The notes under the pieces were generated by a model. The model saw only the letters and a list, made by a program, of their open reading frames with translations. It had not been told where the DNA came from and did not search any database. Shown here piece after piece: positions 49,797 through 58,314 of a stretch of 64,000 nucleotides of DNA; positions within the stretch are counted from its first letter, which is position 1; the number at the start of each line of letters is the position of its first letter. Source of the DNA: Balneola sp. Lineage in GTDB: Bacteria; Bacteroidota; Rhodothermia; Balneolales; Balneolaceae. The stretch is taken from NCBI GenBank assembly GCA_965230095.1, contig OZ245946.1, forward strand, positions 517,210-581,209, given 5' to 3'. The position numbers and the translations under genes are program-made.

Positions 49797-50066
49797 ATGA
49801 GCATTACTGCAGAAGAAAAAAAAGATATTTTCAAAAAACACGGCGGGGAAGAAGCCAATACCGGTACAACTGAAGGGCAAATTGCCCTTTTTACGCACCG
49901 TATCAATCATCTTACTGAGCATCTGAAAACGAATCAGAAAGACCACGCTTCTCGTCGCGGATTATTGAAGTTAGTAGGTAAGCGTCGTCGTTTGCTTAAC
50001 TACCTGATGAAGAACGACATTCAAAAATACAGAGAGCTTATCAAAGAGCTTGGTATTAGAAAATAA
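49797..50066 (+). CDS. rpsO: 30S ribosomal protein S15
   Basis: [35 protein letters not shown]. Confidence 0.98.
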   Translation: MSITAEEKKDIFKKHGGEEANTGTTEGQIALFTHRINHLTEHLKTNQKDHASRRGLLKLVGKRRRLLNYLMKNDIQKYRELIKELGIRK

Positions 50067-50069
50067 TTT

Positions 50070-50098
50070 AAAGGCTCCACCTATCTGGAGCCTTTTTC
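50070..50098 (+). terminator. Intrinsic terminator between rpsO and pnp
   Basis: AAAGGCTCCA-CCTATC-TGGAGCCTTT followed by T residues. Confidence 0.8.
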
Positions 50099-50188
50099 AA
50101 TTCTCCCACTTAATTATCTATTTGTGTAAAAGCCAATCTTTAAGGTTAGTGTGGGATAAAGCAATAAACAAAAGACAAAAAGAAATAA

Positions 50189-52312
50189 ATGAAAGAAGAT
50201 TTTAGAAGTATAGAATTTGCACCGGGAAAGGTGCTATCTGTAGAAACAGGACGAATAGCTAAACAAGCAGACGGTTCTGTTGTAGTTAAAATGGGCGATA
50301 CTATGGTACTTTGTACTGCAGTTAGCGCAAAAGAACCAAAGCCGGGTCAGGATTTTTTCCCGTTAACGGTTGATCATAAAGAAAGTTTTTCTGCTGCGGG
50401 ACGTTTTCCCGGCGGATTTATGAAAAGAGAAGGACGCTCTAACGAAAAAGAGATTCTTTCCAGCAGATTAATTGACAGAGTTTTAAGACCATTATTCCCA
50501 AAAGGGTATGTATGTGATACACAGGTTATTTCCAGCGTAATTTCATCTGATGATGAAAACGATGGTGATGTATTAGGAGCAGTTGGTGCTTCACTTGCTA
50601 TTCACTTATCAGATATTCCTTTTGCCGGACCTATGGCAGAAGTTAGAGTTGGTAGAGTGGATGATGAATTCATCATCAACCCAACAGTTACTGAATTAAA
50701 GGACAGCGATATCGATATGGTTGTTGGTGGTACTGATGATAGTATCCTGATGATTGAAGGTGAGATGCACGAAATCTCAGAAACAGAAATGTTGAACGCA
50801 ATCAAAGCTGCTCATGATGCAATTAAGAAGCTTTGTGATTTCCAGAACGAGCTACGTAACGAGTTAGGGAAAGAAAAAAGAGAATTTGTACCTGCTGAAG
50901 TTGATGAAAGCTTGGAGTCTAAAGTAAAAGATCTTGCTGAATCAGCAATTGCTGATATCGTAAATATCGGTCTTGGTAAAGAAGAGTACAATCAGAAGAT
51001 CAAAGAAGCTAAAGATGAAGCATTCGCAAAGCTTGAAGAAGAACTTGCTGACGATGAGGAAGCTTCTGATAAACTTTCTGATGCTAAGAAAATTCTGGGA
51101 AGCATTGAAAAAGAAGCTCTCAGAAATATGATCCTTGAAAAAGGTCGTAGAATTGATGGTCGAGCAACTGACGAGATCAGAGATATCTGGACTCAGGTTG
51201 GTTATATGCCAAGAACGCACGGTTCATCAATATTTACAAGAGGGGAAACTCAGGCATTGGTTTCTGCTACTTTAGGAACTCGCCGTGATGAGCAAAGTGT
51301 AGACACTTTATTTGATCAGGAAGCCAAGCAGTTTTATCTGCACTATAGTTTCCCTCCATATTCTGTTGGAGAAGCAGGATTTTTAAGAGGACCTGGAAGA
51401 AGAGAAATTGGTCACGGTCATTTAGCTGAGCGTTCTTTAAGAATGATGATGCCTACTTTCGAAGAATTCGGATATGTAATTCGTGTTATTTCTGATATTA
51501 CTGAATCAAACGGTTCGTCTTCAATGGCTTCTGTTTGTGGTGGTTCTATGGCACTTATGGATGCAGGTGTACCAATCAAGAAGCCGGTTGCAGGTATTGC
51601 AATGGGAATGATCGTTGGAAAAGATAACACTGCTATTCTTTCGGATATCCGTGGAGAAGAAGATTTCATGGGCGACATGGACTTCAAGACTGCAGGAACT
51701 TCAGACGGGATCACTGCTTGCCAGATGGACATGAAAGTTCAGGGAATCAGCTTTGAAACAATCGAAGAAGCTCTGGAACAAGCTCACAAAGGAAGAATGC
51801 ATATTCTTGGTGAAATGGCTAAGACTATTTCATCTCCGAAAGAAAGTATTTCTCAATATGCTCCTCAGTTCCTGAGAATGGAAATCGACGGCAGCGATAT
51901 TGGTGCTGTGATTGGACCTGGTGGAAAAGTGATTCAAACACTTCAGAAAGAAACCGGAACTGAAATTATCATTGAAGAAGATGATAATGGTAAAGGTCAG
52001 ATCACGATTTCAGCTAACGATCTTGATAAAGCTGAAGAAGCCAAGAAGAGAATTAAAATGATTGTTGGTCATCTTGAAGAAGGTGCTACCTACAAAGGTG
52101 TGGTTAAGTCGATCAAAGACTTTGGCGCTTTTGTAGAAATTGCTCCGGGAAGAGATGGTCTTCTTCATATTTCAGAAATCGATCACAAACGAGTTGAAAA
52201 AGTAGAAGACTACTTGTCACTTGGCGATGAGATCGAAGTTAAACTGCTTAAGATTGAGCATGGAAATAAACTTCGTTTATCAAAAAAAGCATTGATCGAA
52301 AAAGAAGATTAA
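50189..52312 (+). CDS. pnp: Polyribonucleotide nucleotidyltransferase
   Basis: DFFPLTVD, SRLIDRVLRPLF, RREIGHG, ESNGSSSMASVCG, KH and S1 domains. Confidence 0.99.
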   Translation: MKEDFRSIEFAPGKVLSVETGRIAKQADGSVVVKMGDTMVLCTAVSAKEPKPGQDFFPLTVDHKESFSAAGRFPGGFMKREGRSNEKEILSSRLIDRVLRPLFPKGYVCDTQVISSVISSDDENDGDVLGAVGASLAIHLSDIPFAGPMAEVRVGRVDDEFIINPTVTELKDSDIDMVVGGTDDSILMIEGEMHEISETEMLNAIKAAHDAIKKLCDFQNELRNELGKEKREFVPAEVDESLESKVKDLAESAIADIVNIGLGKEEYNQKIKEAKDEAFAKLEEELADDEEASDKLSDAKKILGSIEKEALRNMILEKGRRIDGRATDEIRDIWTQVGYMPRTHGSSIFTRGETQALVSATLGTRRDEQSVDTLFDQEAKQFYLHYSFPPYSVGEAGFLRGPGRREIGHGHLAERSLRMMMPTFEEFGYVIRVISDITESNGSSSMASVCGGSMALMDAGVPIKKPVAGIAMGMIVGKDNTAILSDIRGEEDFMGDMDFKTAGTSDGITACQMDMKVQGISFETIEEALEQAHKGRMHILGEMAKTISSPKESISQYAPQFLRMEIDGSDIGAVIGPGGKVIQTLQKETGTEIIIEEDDNGKGQITISANDLDKAEEAKKRIKMIVGHLEEGATYKGVVKSIKDFGAFVEIAPGRDGLLHISEIDHKRVEKVEDYLSLGDEIEVKLLKIEHGNKLRLSKKALIEKED

Positions 52313-52320
52313 ACGAACTA

Positions 52321-52377
52321 GTTGCGATGCTCTGCGTCGTAACTTACTTGCTCCAACGCAGAGCATTGGAGCAAGTA
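52321..52377. repeat. REP-like hairpin doublet with complementary loops
   Basis: GTTGCGA-TGCTCTGCG-TCGTAAC then TACTTGCTCCAA-CGCAGAGCA-TTGGAGCAAGTA. Confidence 0.7.
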
Positions 52378-52405
52378 TTGTTCTAATTTTTGGCAAATAA
52401 AAAGT

Positions 52406-52437
52406 GGCACCGTTCAGCAATGAGCCGTGCCTTTTTT
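52406..52437 (+). terminator. Intrinsic terminator downstream of pnp
   Basis: GGCACCGTTCA-GCAA-TGAGCCGTGCC followed by T6. Confidence 0.7.
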
Positions 52438-52485
52438 ATGTAGAATATTCAATAAACCAATACTGATTCTACCTTACAGGCTTTG

Positions 52486-52493
52486 TATATTTG
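52486..52493 (+). promoter_or_regulatory. Bacteroidetes-type -7 promoter element upstream of the M16 peptidase gene
   Basis: TATATTTG. Confidence 0.45.
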
Positions 52494-52515
52494 GTTTGTA
52501 TAATGACCTTTAGTT

Positions 52516-52602
52516 GTCATCCTGAGGATACTTGCGAAGGATCTTCACATAGATTTACGAGTATATAAATTTTTGAAGATTCTTCGCTACGCTCTGAATG
52601 AC
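52516..52602. repeat. REPIN/MITE-like palindromic element, copy 1
   Basis: GTCATCCTGAG...GCGAAGGATCTTCA [spacer] TGAAGATTCTTCGC...CTCTGAATGAC. Confidence 0.75.
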
Positions 52603-52629
52603 TTTTAATTAATAAGAACAACAACCTTA

Positions 52630-53880
52630 ATGGAAAACCTTAAAGAAATAGATTTTGTAACCAAGACCACGCTTCCTAATGGTCTTAGAATTGTAACGGA
52701 AAAAATAGAAAGTGTTAAAAGCATTTCTGTAGGAATTTGGGTTAAAACCGGATCCAGAAATGAAACTCCCAAACAAGCGGGTATCACGCACTTTCTGGAA
52801 CATATGTTGTTCAAAGGTACCGACAAGAGATCGGCGTACGATATAGCACTTAGTATGGAATCAGTGGGCGGATATCTGAATGCTTTTACTTCATCTGAAT
52901 ACACCTGTTACTTCGCACGTTGTGTGAATACTCAAATTGAAAGAGCTTTAGATGTACTTTCAGATATGGTCCTGAATCCAAGCTTTCCGGAAGAGGAAGT
53001 AGAAAAAGAGAAGAAAGTTGTTATCGAAGAGATGAAAATGTACAGAGATTCTCCGGATGATTATCTCTTTGAAGAGTATAATACCAGAATGTTTCAGGGA
53101 CATGAATTAGGTCGTCCTGTATTAGGATTGGAGGAAACTGTTTCATCATTTACCAGAGAAGATCTGTATGAGTACATGGAAGAAAGATACCGTGCAGGGA
53201 ATTTACTTATCTCCGTGGCCGGAAATGTTGAGCATGAAGACGTTGTAAAATTGGTTTCAAATTATTTGGGGGATCTTCCTGCTCTTGAAGTTGAAAATGA
53301 TGACCAGCCGTTAAACGAGTTTGACACATCTAAACTGGAACTCACAAAACCGATAGAACAAACTCATTACATTCTGGGAAGACGAGGATTGAACTTTGAT
53401 CATGAAGATAAGTATCTGCTTCTTTTAGCAAATACGATTTTAGGGGGAGGAATGAGTTCTCGTCTTCACCAAAATGTGAGGGAAAAATATGGATATTGTT
53501 ATTCCATTCAGACCTTTACTCAATCTTACACTGATTCCGGAATGTGGGGAGTTTATGTTGGAACCGATCAGGAGTATGTTGAACATGTACATGAATTGGT
53601 GGTTGCGGAACTTAATAAGATCAGCGAAGAATTAGTGCCGCAGAAAGAACTTGAAGAGGCTAAATCTCAGTTAAAAGGAAAACTATTGCTTTCTCAGGAA
53701 AATACCAGCAACAGAATGATGAGATTAGCAAAAAGTGAATTATATTTCGATCGCTTTGTAACACTGGATGAACTGGTTGAAAATATCGATACAGTTACAT
53801 CCGAGCAGATCTTAAAGTTTTCAAAAGAGTTCTTTGATCAAAACTATTTCATGGAAGCCGTTTTGACCCCTGAAGGGTAA
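52630..53880 (+). CDS. M16 family (pitrilysin-like) zinc peptidase
   Basis: GITHFLEHMLFKGT (HxxEH), LNAFTS, LGGGMSSRLHQNVREKYG. Confidence 0.94.
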   Translation: MENLKEIDFVTKTTLPNGLRIVTEKIESVKSISVGIWVKTGSRNETPKQAGITHFLEHMLFKGTDKRSAYDIALSMESVGGYLNAFTSSEYTCYFARCVNTQIERALDVLSDMVLNPSFPEEEVEKEKKVVIEEMKMYRDSPDDYLFEEYNTRMFQGHELGRPVLGLEETVSSFTREDLYEYMEERYRAGNLLISVAGNVEHEDVVKLVSNYLGDLPALEVENDDQPLNEFDTSKLELTKPIEQTHYILGRRGLNFDHEDKYLLLLANTILGGGMSSRLHQNVREKYGYCYSIQTFTQSYTDSGMWGVYVGTDQEYVEHVHELVVAELNKISEELVPQKELEEAKSQLKGKLLLSQENTSNRMMRLAKSELYFDRFVTLDELVENIDTVTSEQILKFSKEFFDQNYFMEAVLTPEG

Positions 53881-53893
53881 TGATAAATTATGG

Positions 53894-54021
53894 ATGATGA
53901 ATTTTGAATTTGGGTTTGTCACTTTGAGTGTAAATGAGAAGTCTAAAGATCATGTTGGTTTCGAGTTAATCTTTAGATGTCTCTCTACATTCGACATGAC
54001 AAAGCATTCAAAATTCATCAT
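53894..54021. repeat. Nested palindrome: heptamer-type 16-bp inverted repeat enclosing a REPIN-like element
   Basis: ATGATGAATTTTGAAT (53894-909) / ATTCAAAATTCATCAT (54006-21); inner TTTGTCA...TCTAAAGAT / ATCTTTAGA...TGACAAA (53915-54003). Confidence 0.75.
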
Positions 54022-54043
54022 TAAAAATTCAAAATTTTAGAAA

Positions 54044-55540
54044 ATGATCTACATCAACAAATTAAGTGAACACGTTGATAAGCAAGTAACTTTAAAAGGC
54101 TGGGTATATAATTACCGAAGCAGCGGAAGCCTTGTATTTATTGAAATGAGAGACGGAACCGGCCTAACTCAATGTGTGGTTGCCAAAGATGATGTTTCAG
54201 AATCAGATTGGGAAGCAGCTACGTCACTCCGACAGGAAAGCTCTCTCGAAATTACAGGAACTGTAAAAGCTGATGACAGAAGTATTGGCGGACATGAAAT
54301 ACATGTTTCTGAAGTAAACGTGGTACAGGTCGCGGAAGATTATCCGATCACACCAAAAGAACATGGTGTTGAGTTTTTAATGAACAATCGTCATTTGTGG
54401 TTACGTAGCCAGCGACAATGGGCGGCAATGCGTGTTCGAAATGAAATTATTTTTGCGATTCATACCTTCTTCCAAGAGCGAAATTTCGTGCAAATGGATT
54501 CCCCGATATTTACCAGTAACGCTGCTGAAGGGAGTACCACACTTTTTGAGACGGATTATTTTGAAGAAAAAGCTTATCTCGCTCAAACCGGTCAGTTGTA
54601 TGGAGAAGCAATGGCCATGGCTCACGGGTTGATCTATACATTCGGACCAACATTCCGTGCTGAGAAGTCTAAAACCCGACGACATCTTACCGAGTTCTGG
54701 ATGATAGAACCCGAAATGGCGTATTACGATCTTGATATGAATATGGATCTTGCAGAGGATATGATCCGGTTCATCACTGCTAAAGTGGTTGAAAAGAGAA
54801 AAAGTGAATTAGAAATTCTTGAAAGAGATATTTCTAAACTCGAGAAAGTAGCTGAAAATCCTTTCCAGAGAATTACCTATTCTGAAGCTGTTGAACAATT
54901 GAAGAGCAAAGAAACAGCTGATATGCTTGATCAGATGGTAGAAGATCGTAAGCAGGAAGAGAAAGACTTAAAAAAGGAGAGAGAAGAGATCAAAAAGGAA
55001 CACGGTTCTGCTAAAAAATGGAGAAAGAAGCAGATCGATCAGCGAGTGATCGAAATTGGTCAACGTTTAGATCAGATCGAAGAAGATTACAGAAACATTC
55101 CGCAGTGGAAAGAATCTGCTCAAAATTTTGAATGGGGCAATGATTTTGGCGGTAGCGACGAAACCGTGCTTATGCTTCAGCAAGAAGTTCCATTGATGGT
55201 TCACAGATGGCCGGCAGAGATCAAAGCATTCTATATGAAACGAGATCCTGAAGATGAACGACTGGTTCTTGGTGTGGATGTTCTTGCTCCGGAAGGTTAT
55301 GGCGAGATCATTGGTGGAAGTCAGCGTGAAGACGATCTGGAATTTTTAGAAAATCATATCGAAAAACACGACTTACCCATGGATGTATTCGGTTGGTATT
55401 TAGATCTGCGAAGATTCGGCTCTGTACCACACTCAGGCTTTGGTTTGGGACTTGAACGAACAGTTGCATGGTTATGTGGATTATCACACGTCAGAGAGAC
55501 GATTCCGTTTCCTAGGATGATGGGTCGCTTAAAACCGTAG
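54044..55540 (+). CDS. asnS: Asparagine--tRNA ligase with a charged internal insertion
   Basis: [68 protein letters not shown]. Confidence 0.97.
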   Translation: MIYINKLSEHVDKQVTLKGWVYNYRSSGSLVFIEMRDGTGLTQCVVAKDDVSESDWEAATSLRQESSLEITGTVKADDRSIGGHEIHVSEVNVVQVAEDYPITPKEHGVEFLMNNRHLWLRSQRQWAAMRVRNEIIFAIHTFFQERNFVQMDSPIFTSNAAEGSTTLFETDYFEEKAYLAQTGQLYGEAMAMAHGLIYTFGPTFRAEKSKTRRHLTEFWMIEPEMAYYDLDMNMDLAEDMIRFITAKVVEKRKSELEILERDISKLEKVAENPFQRITYSEAVEQLKSKETADMLDQMVEDRKQEEKDLKKEREEIKKEHGSAKKWRKKQIDQRVIEIGQRLDQIEEDYRNIPQWKESAQNFEWGNDFGGSDETVLMLQQEVPLMVHRWPAEIKAFYMKRDPEDERLVLGVDVLAPEGYGEIIGGSQREDDLEFLENHIEKHDLPMDVFGWYLDLRRFGSVPHSGFGLGLERTVAWLCGLSHVRETIPFPRMMGRLKP

Positions 55541-55578
55541 GTTTTAAGAAATCTCAAAGTTCAAATAGCAAATTTCAA
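55523..55578 (+). repeat. Direct repeat C, copy 1 (last codons of asnS plus downstream heptamers)
   Basis: 51/56 identical to 56514..56569. Confidence 0.9.
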
Positions 55579-55639
55579 AAGAGTGATTCTCTTGTAGGTC
55601 TTATAAAACATTTAATATTCATTATGTAGAAAATATAAT

Positions 55640-56514
55640 ATGAGAAAGTTAATTCGGTGGTACATTCTTTTTTTTCTATTAATAAGTACTCAAAGTGTAT
55701 TAGGACAAAAGTATCAAGCAATTCTTGATTTAGAGGTTGGCAAAACATATAGCCTAAAAATTGAAGACAAACATTCTATAAATCTTGAGTATGAAGCTAA
55801 CTTAAATAAAAGTGATCTTATATTTAATTATGATTTACATTTTAAAGTTATCAATAATAAAGAAAACGAATACATAACTGAGGTACACTTTAGCAATTTT
55901 AGTTACAAAGAATCGAATACGCTATTTCAATCCTCTACTGATATTAAAAGTCCATTATTTGGTTTAGTTAATAAAAAGTTCACTGTGATTTTAAGCAAAT
56001 ACGGAGGTATCAATAATATAGAAGGACTACAACATATTGTTAATTCTCTAAATAGAACACAGTCTTTAAATGAAGATTGGTATGATGAATATTTGTCAGA
56101 TAGAATTCTTTTAGAAATACTTTTTTCTACATACCACCGTATCCAATAGCACCTGTAGCCAATGAAGTTCCTTGGTTACACCTTACCGGAATAGATGTTC
56201 AACTTGGATTTGTAAAATTAGAGTTAGAAGGAGTTCAAGAATATGATAATGACTCAGGTTATATCATTAGCAACAAAGGTAAGGCAATTGTACCAGATAG
56301 AATACTTTCTTTAGATACGAACAAGAGATTTTCCTATAATTCCATGACCATAGAGACAGATGGTTATTATCAACTTTCAAATTCTGGATGGCCTAAAAGT
56401 GGTAAAACAAACATTAAATCTATTTCCTCAATAGATTTGAAAATCACTGGAGAATCTGATAATACTGGGAGTTTTATATATTCAAGAAGTGTGGATTATT
56501 TGGAAAACTTTTAG
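55640..56514 (+). pseudogene. Frameshifted exported protein gene (DUF6263-like), about 291 aa if repaired
   Basis: ORF 55640..56149 with signal peptide; a second frame runs 129 stop-free codons from 56125 (FYIPPYPIAPVANEVPW...) to TAG 56514; the frames join at the T6 run 56121-56126. Confidence 0.7.
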
Positions 56515-56569
56515 GACGCTTAAAACAATAGGTTTTAAGAAATCTCAAATTTCAAACAGCAAATTTCAA
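56514..56569 (+). repeat. Direct repeat C, copy 2
   Basis: GGACGCTTAAAACAATAGGTTTTAAGAAATCTCAAATTTCAAACAGCAAATTTCAA; reads GRLKQ* versus asnS GRLKP*. Confidence 0.9.
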
Positions 56570-56643
56570 TTTTGGTCATCTCTGTAGATGTTAGATAATT
56601 CACTTACAAAAATTGACTTGTTTATAATTCTGACGATTTATAA

Positions 56644-56856
56644 AAAAGCTCCCAACTACACCGACCCTTAGAATTATTGGCGAGCCAAGAACGTAATGAA
56701 ATCGACGGCTCCGAAGGAGCAATCATTACACTCCGGCTGATTCGTGAATGTGTTCAATAAGAACGAAGACCTTTTGTAATGATTAGTCGATGTAATGGAG
56801 TTCGCGCCCATAATTCTTGTCGGGAGCTTTTGGTACTTTTGTCGGTACAAAAGTAC
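56644..56856 (+). other. Structured non-coding element, copy L (RNA or ssDNA)
   Basis: Nested stems, GCTCC-GAA-GGAGC hairpin, GAACGAAGACCTTT, terminal GTACTTTTGT-CGGT-ACAAAAGTAC hairpin. Confidence 0.8.
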
Positions 56857-56908
56857 ACAGAGCCAAGGAACTGAATTATATAAGAGGATTAACTTAGCAC
56901 AAGGGTAT

Positions 56909-57112
56909 CTACTTTTGTCTTGATACAAAAGTAGCAAAAGATCAAGCCGAAGTATTTAAGACGGGTTCACTGATCCTGCGCTGAATAATCCTAAAGGTCT
57001 TCGTTCGATCTGATACATTTCTACACTCTTCACCTGAAAGGATTATTCCTGCTTCGCAGACGCATCCGGATCACGCTCTCTTATCCGTCTTAAATACTAA
57101 GGGCAAATTTTT
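56909..57112 (-). other. Structured non-coding element, copy R (RNA or ssDNA)
   Basis: Same order of stems and motifs on the minus strand: 14-bp perfect stem, CTGC-GAA-GCAG, GAACGAAGACCTTT, CTACTTTTGT-ATCAAG-ACAAAAGTAG. Confidence 0.8.
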
Positions 57113-57159
57113 CAAGAACTATCTCTACAAAACTGTCATCGAATTAATTGACATCTACA

Positions 57160-57182
57160 ATCCCGAACTTGTTTCGGGATCT
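57160..57182. repeat. REP-like hairpin fragment
   Basis: ATCCCGAA-CTTGT-TTCGGGAT-CT. Confidence 0.5.
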
Positions 57183-57282
57183 TTGTGGGGAACCTTAGTT
57201 AAATACTTGATAAATATAATCAAAAAAGCCTATCCTTCTTTACTGCGCGTTCCATTCTTCTGATAAATGGTTTTAATAGAGT

Positions 57283-57705
57283 TTAATCTAGAATGTCTTT
57301 GATCTTAGTAATCTTAACATTTCGCTCAATAGAATAGGTTTTTTCATCGGCTTCGAGAAATTCATAGATTTGTAAACTCTGAGTATACAATTTTAAGCTT
57401 TGCTGATGGCATGCAGGTTCTTCGAAACATTGCTCCGCTAATTCGAACAAGATATCTGCGAAAATATTCAGATTTTCATTATTGAAGTTCTTTTCATCTA
57501 CAAAGTACTTTAAACCTTTCTGATCAAGAACTGTAGAAAATTCATTGATATCAAAATCCAGAAGTTCTTTGAGTTTTTCATTGGTATAGTTGAATATTTC
57601 AGTAGTAGATTCTGATTTTTTAAGTTTCAAAACTTGAACAAGAATTCTGCTCAGGACTTGGGTCATCTGTTGCACCTGCCGCATTATATAATCCTGATTG
57701 AACAT
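57283..57705 (-). CDS. DUF6483-like hypothetical protein
   Basis: MFNQDYIMRQVQQMTQVL N-terminus; helical, TPR-like C-terminus. Confidence 0.6.
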   Translation of the reverse strand: MFNQDYIMRQVQQMTQVLSRILVQVLKLKKSESTTEIFNYTNEKLKELLDFDINEFSTVLDQKGLKYFVDEKNFNNENLNIFADILFELAEQCFEEPACHQQSLKLYTQSLQIYEFLEADEKTYSIERNVKITKIKDILD

Positions 57706-57765
57706 ATGAATAATTAGGAATGATGAATATCGATTTTAAAGGTGTTTGTTATTTCGATGTAGCTA

Positions 57766-57836
57766 GTCATCCTGAGGATACCTCCGAAGGATCTGCAAAA
57801 TTTAAATATACTAAAAAGTAAATTTGAAGATTCTTC
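57766..57836. repeat. REPIN/MITE-like palindromic element, copy 2 (right end eroded)
   Basis: GTCATCCTGAGGATAC identical to 52516-52531; GAAGGATCT ... TTTGAAGATTCTTC. Confidence 0.75.
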
Positions 57837-57885
57837 ACTTTCGGCAACAGTTTTTGAGAAACTTAACTTCTAATAAAAAACTATT

Positions 57886-58281
57886 TTACTTGTTGATAAC
57901 AACAGAGCCTGAAATCATATCATGGAGAGCTCTTTTCTTTTGAGAAGCGGAAACTGTTAATAAAGAGAACCATCCCAACAAGAGTTTTGCTATATACCGA
58001 CCAAAAGCTAAGATAAAATTAATATTTTTATGTTCAGACTGGTTTTGTTTAACTCTCAATCCCAGAATGTAGTGACCAATTGTACCTCCGAAAAAAGAAA
58101 CAAAAATTGGATCATAAAGAAAGAAAATTGAAAGTAGAGTGAAAAGTCTTATTTGGGGTAAAGGGTTTTCGAAAAGGCTGAATAAATAAGCAAAGGTTCC
58201 CATCAGAAAAACCTGAAAACAGAGATCTAAGAAAAAAGCTTTAAATCTTTCAATTAAATAGGGGTAACTATATTCAATCAT
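57886..58281 (-). CDS. RDD family membrane protein
   Basis: ERFKAFFLD, GGTIGHYILGLRV, RALHDMISGSVVI. Confidence 0.85.
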   Translation of the reverse strand: MIEYSYPYLIERFKAFFLDLCFQVFLMGTFAYLFSLFENPLPQIRLFTLLSIFFLYDPIFVSFFGGTIGHYILGLRVKQNQSEHKNINFILAFGRYIAKLLLGWFSLLTVSASQKKRALHDMISGSVVINK

Positions 58282-58314
58282 GCTTTTTCAAGCTAAATAT
58301 TTCACATTCTATAT

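Noticed and set aside
50104-50156. Possible RNase III stem in the pnp leader (TCCCAC/GTGGGA)
   Set aside because: Only 6 contiguous base pairs are clear, too weak to claim despite the E. coli precedent.
56147-56149. Possible TAG readthrough or programmed -1 frameshift in the asnS cassette gene
   Set aside because: The continuation is in a different frame, so readthrough does not apply; the T6 context is not a canonical X XXY YYZ slippery site and I see no stimulatory structure.
56731-56774. Hammerhead-like look of the inner loop of the paired elements (CTGAT.. / TGAAGAG ... CGAA)
   Set aside because: The CUGANGA and GAAA core is not intact in either copy (L CTGATTC, R GTGAAGA; both CGAAG), so a hammerhead ribozyme is not supported.
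56674-56937. 87-aa minus-strand ORF across the structured elements
   Set aside because: It overlaps palindromic non-coding structure, has no recognisable motif and is best explained as a chance frame.
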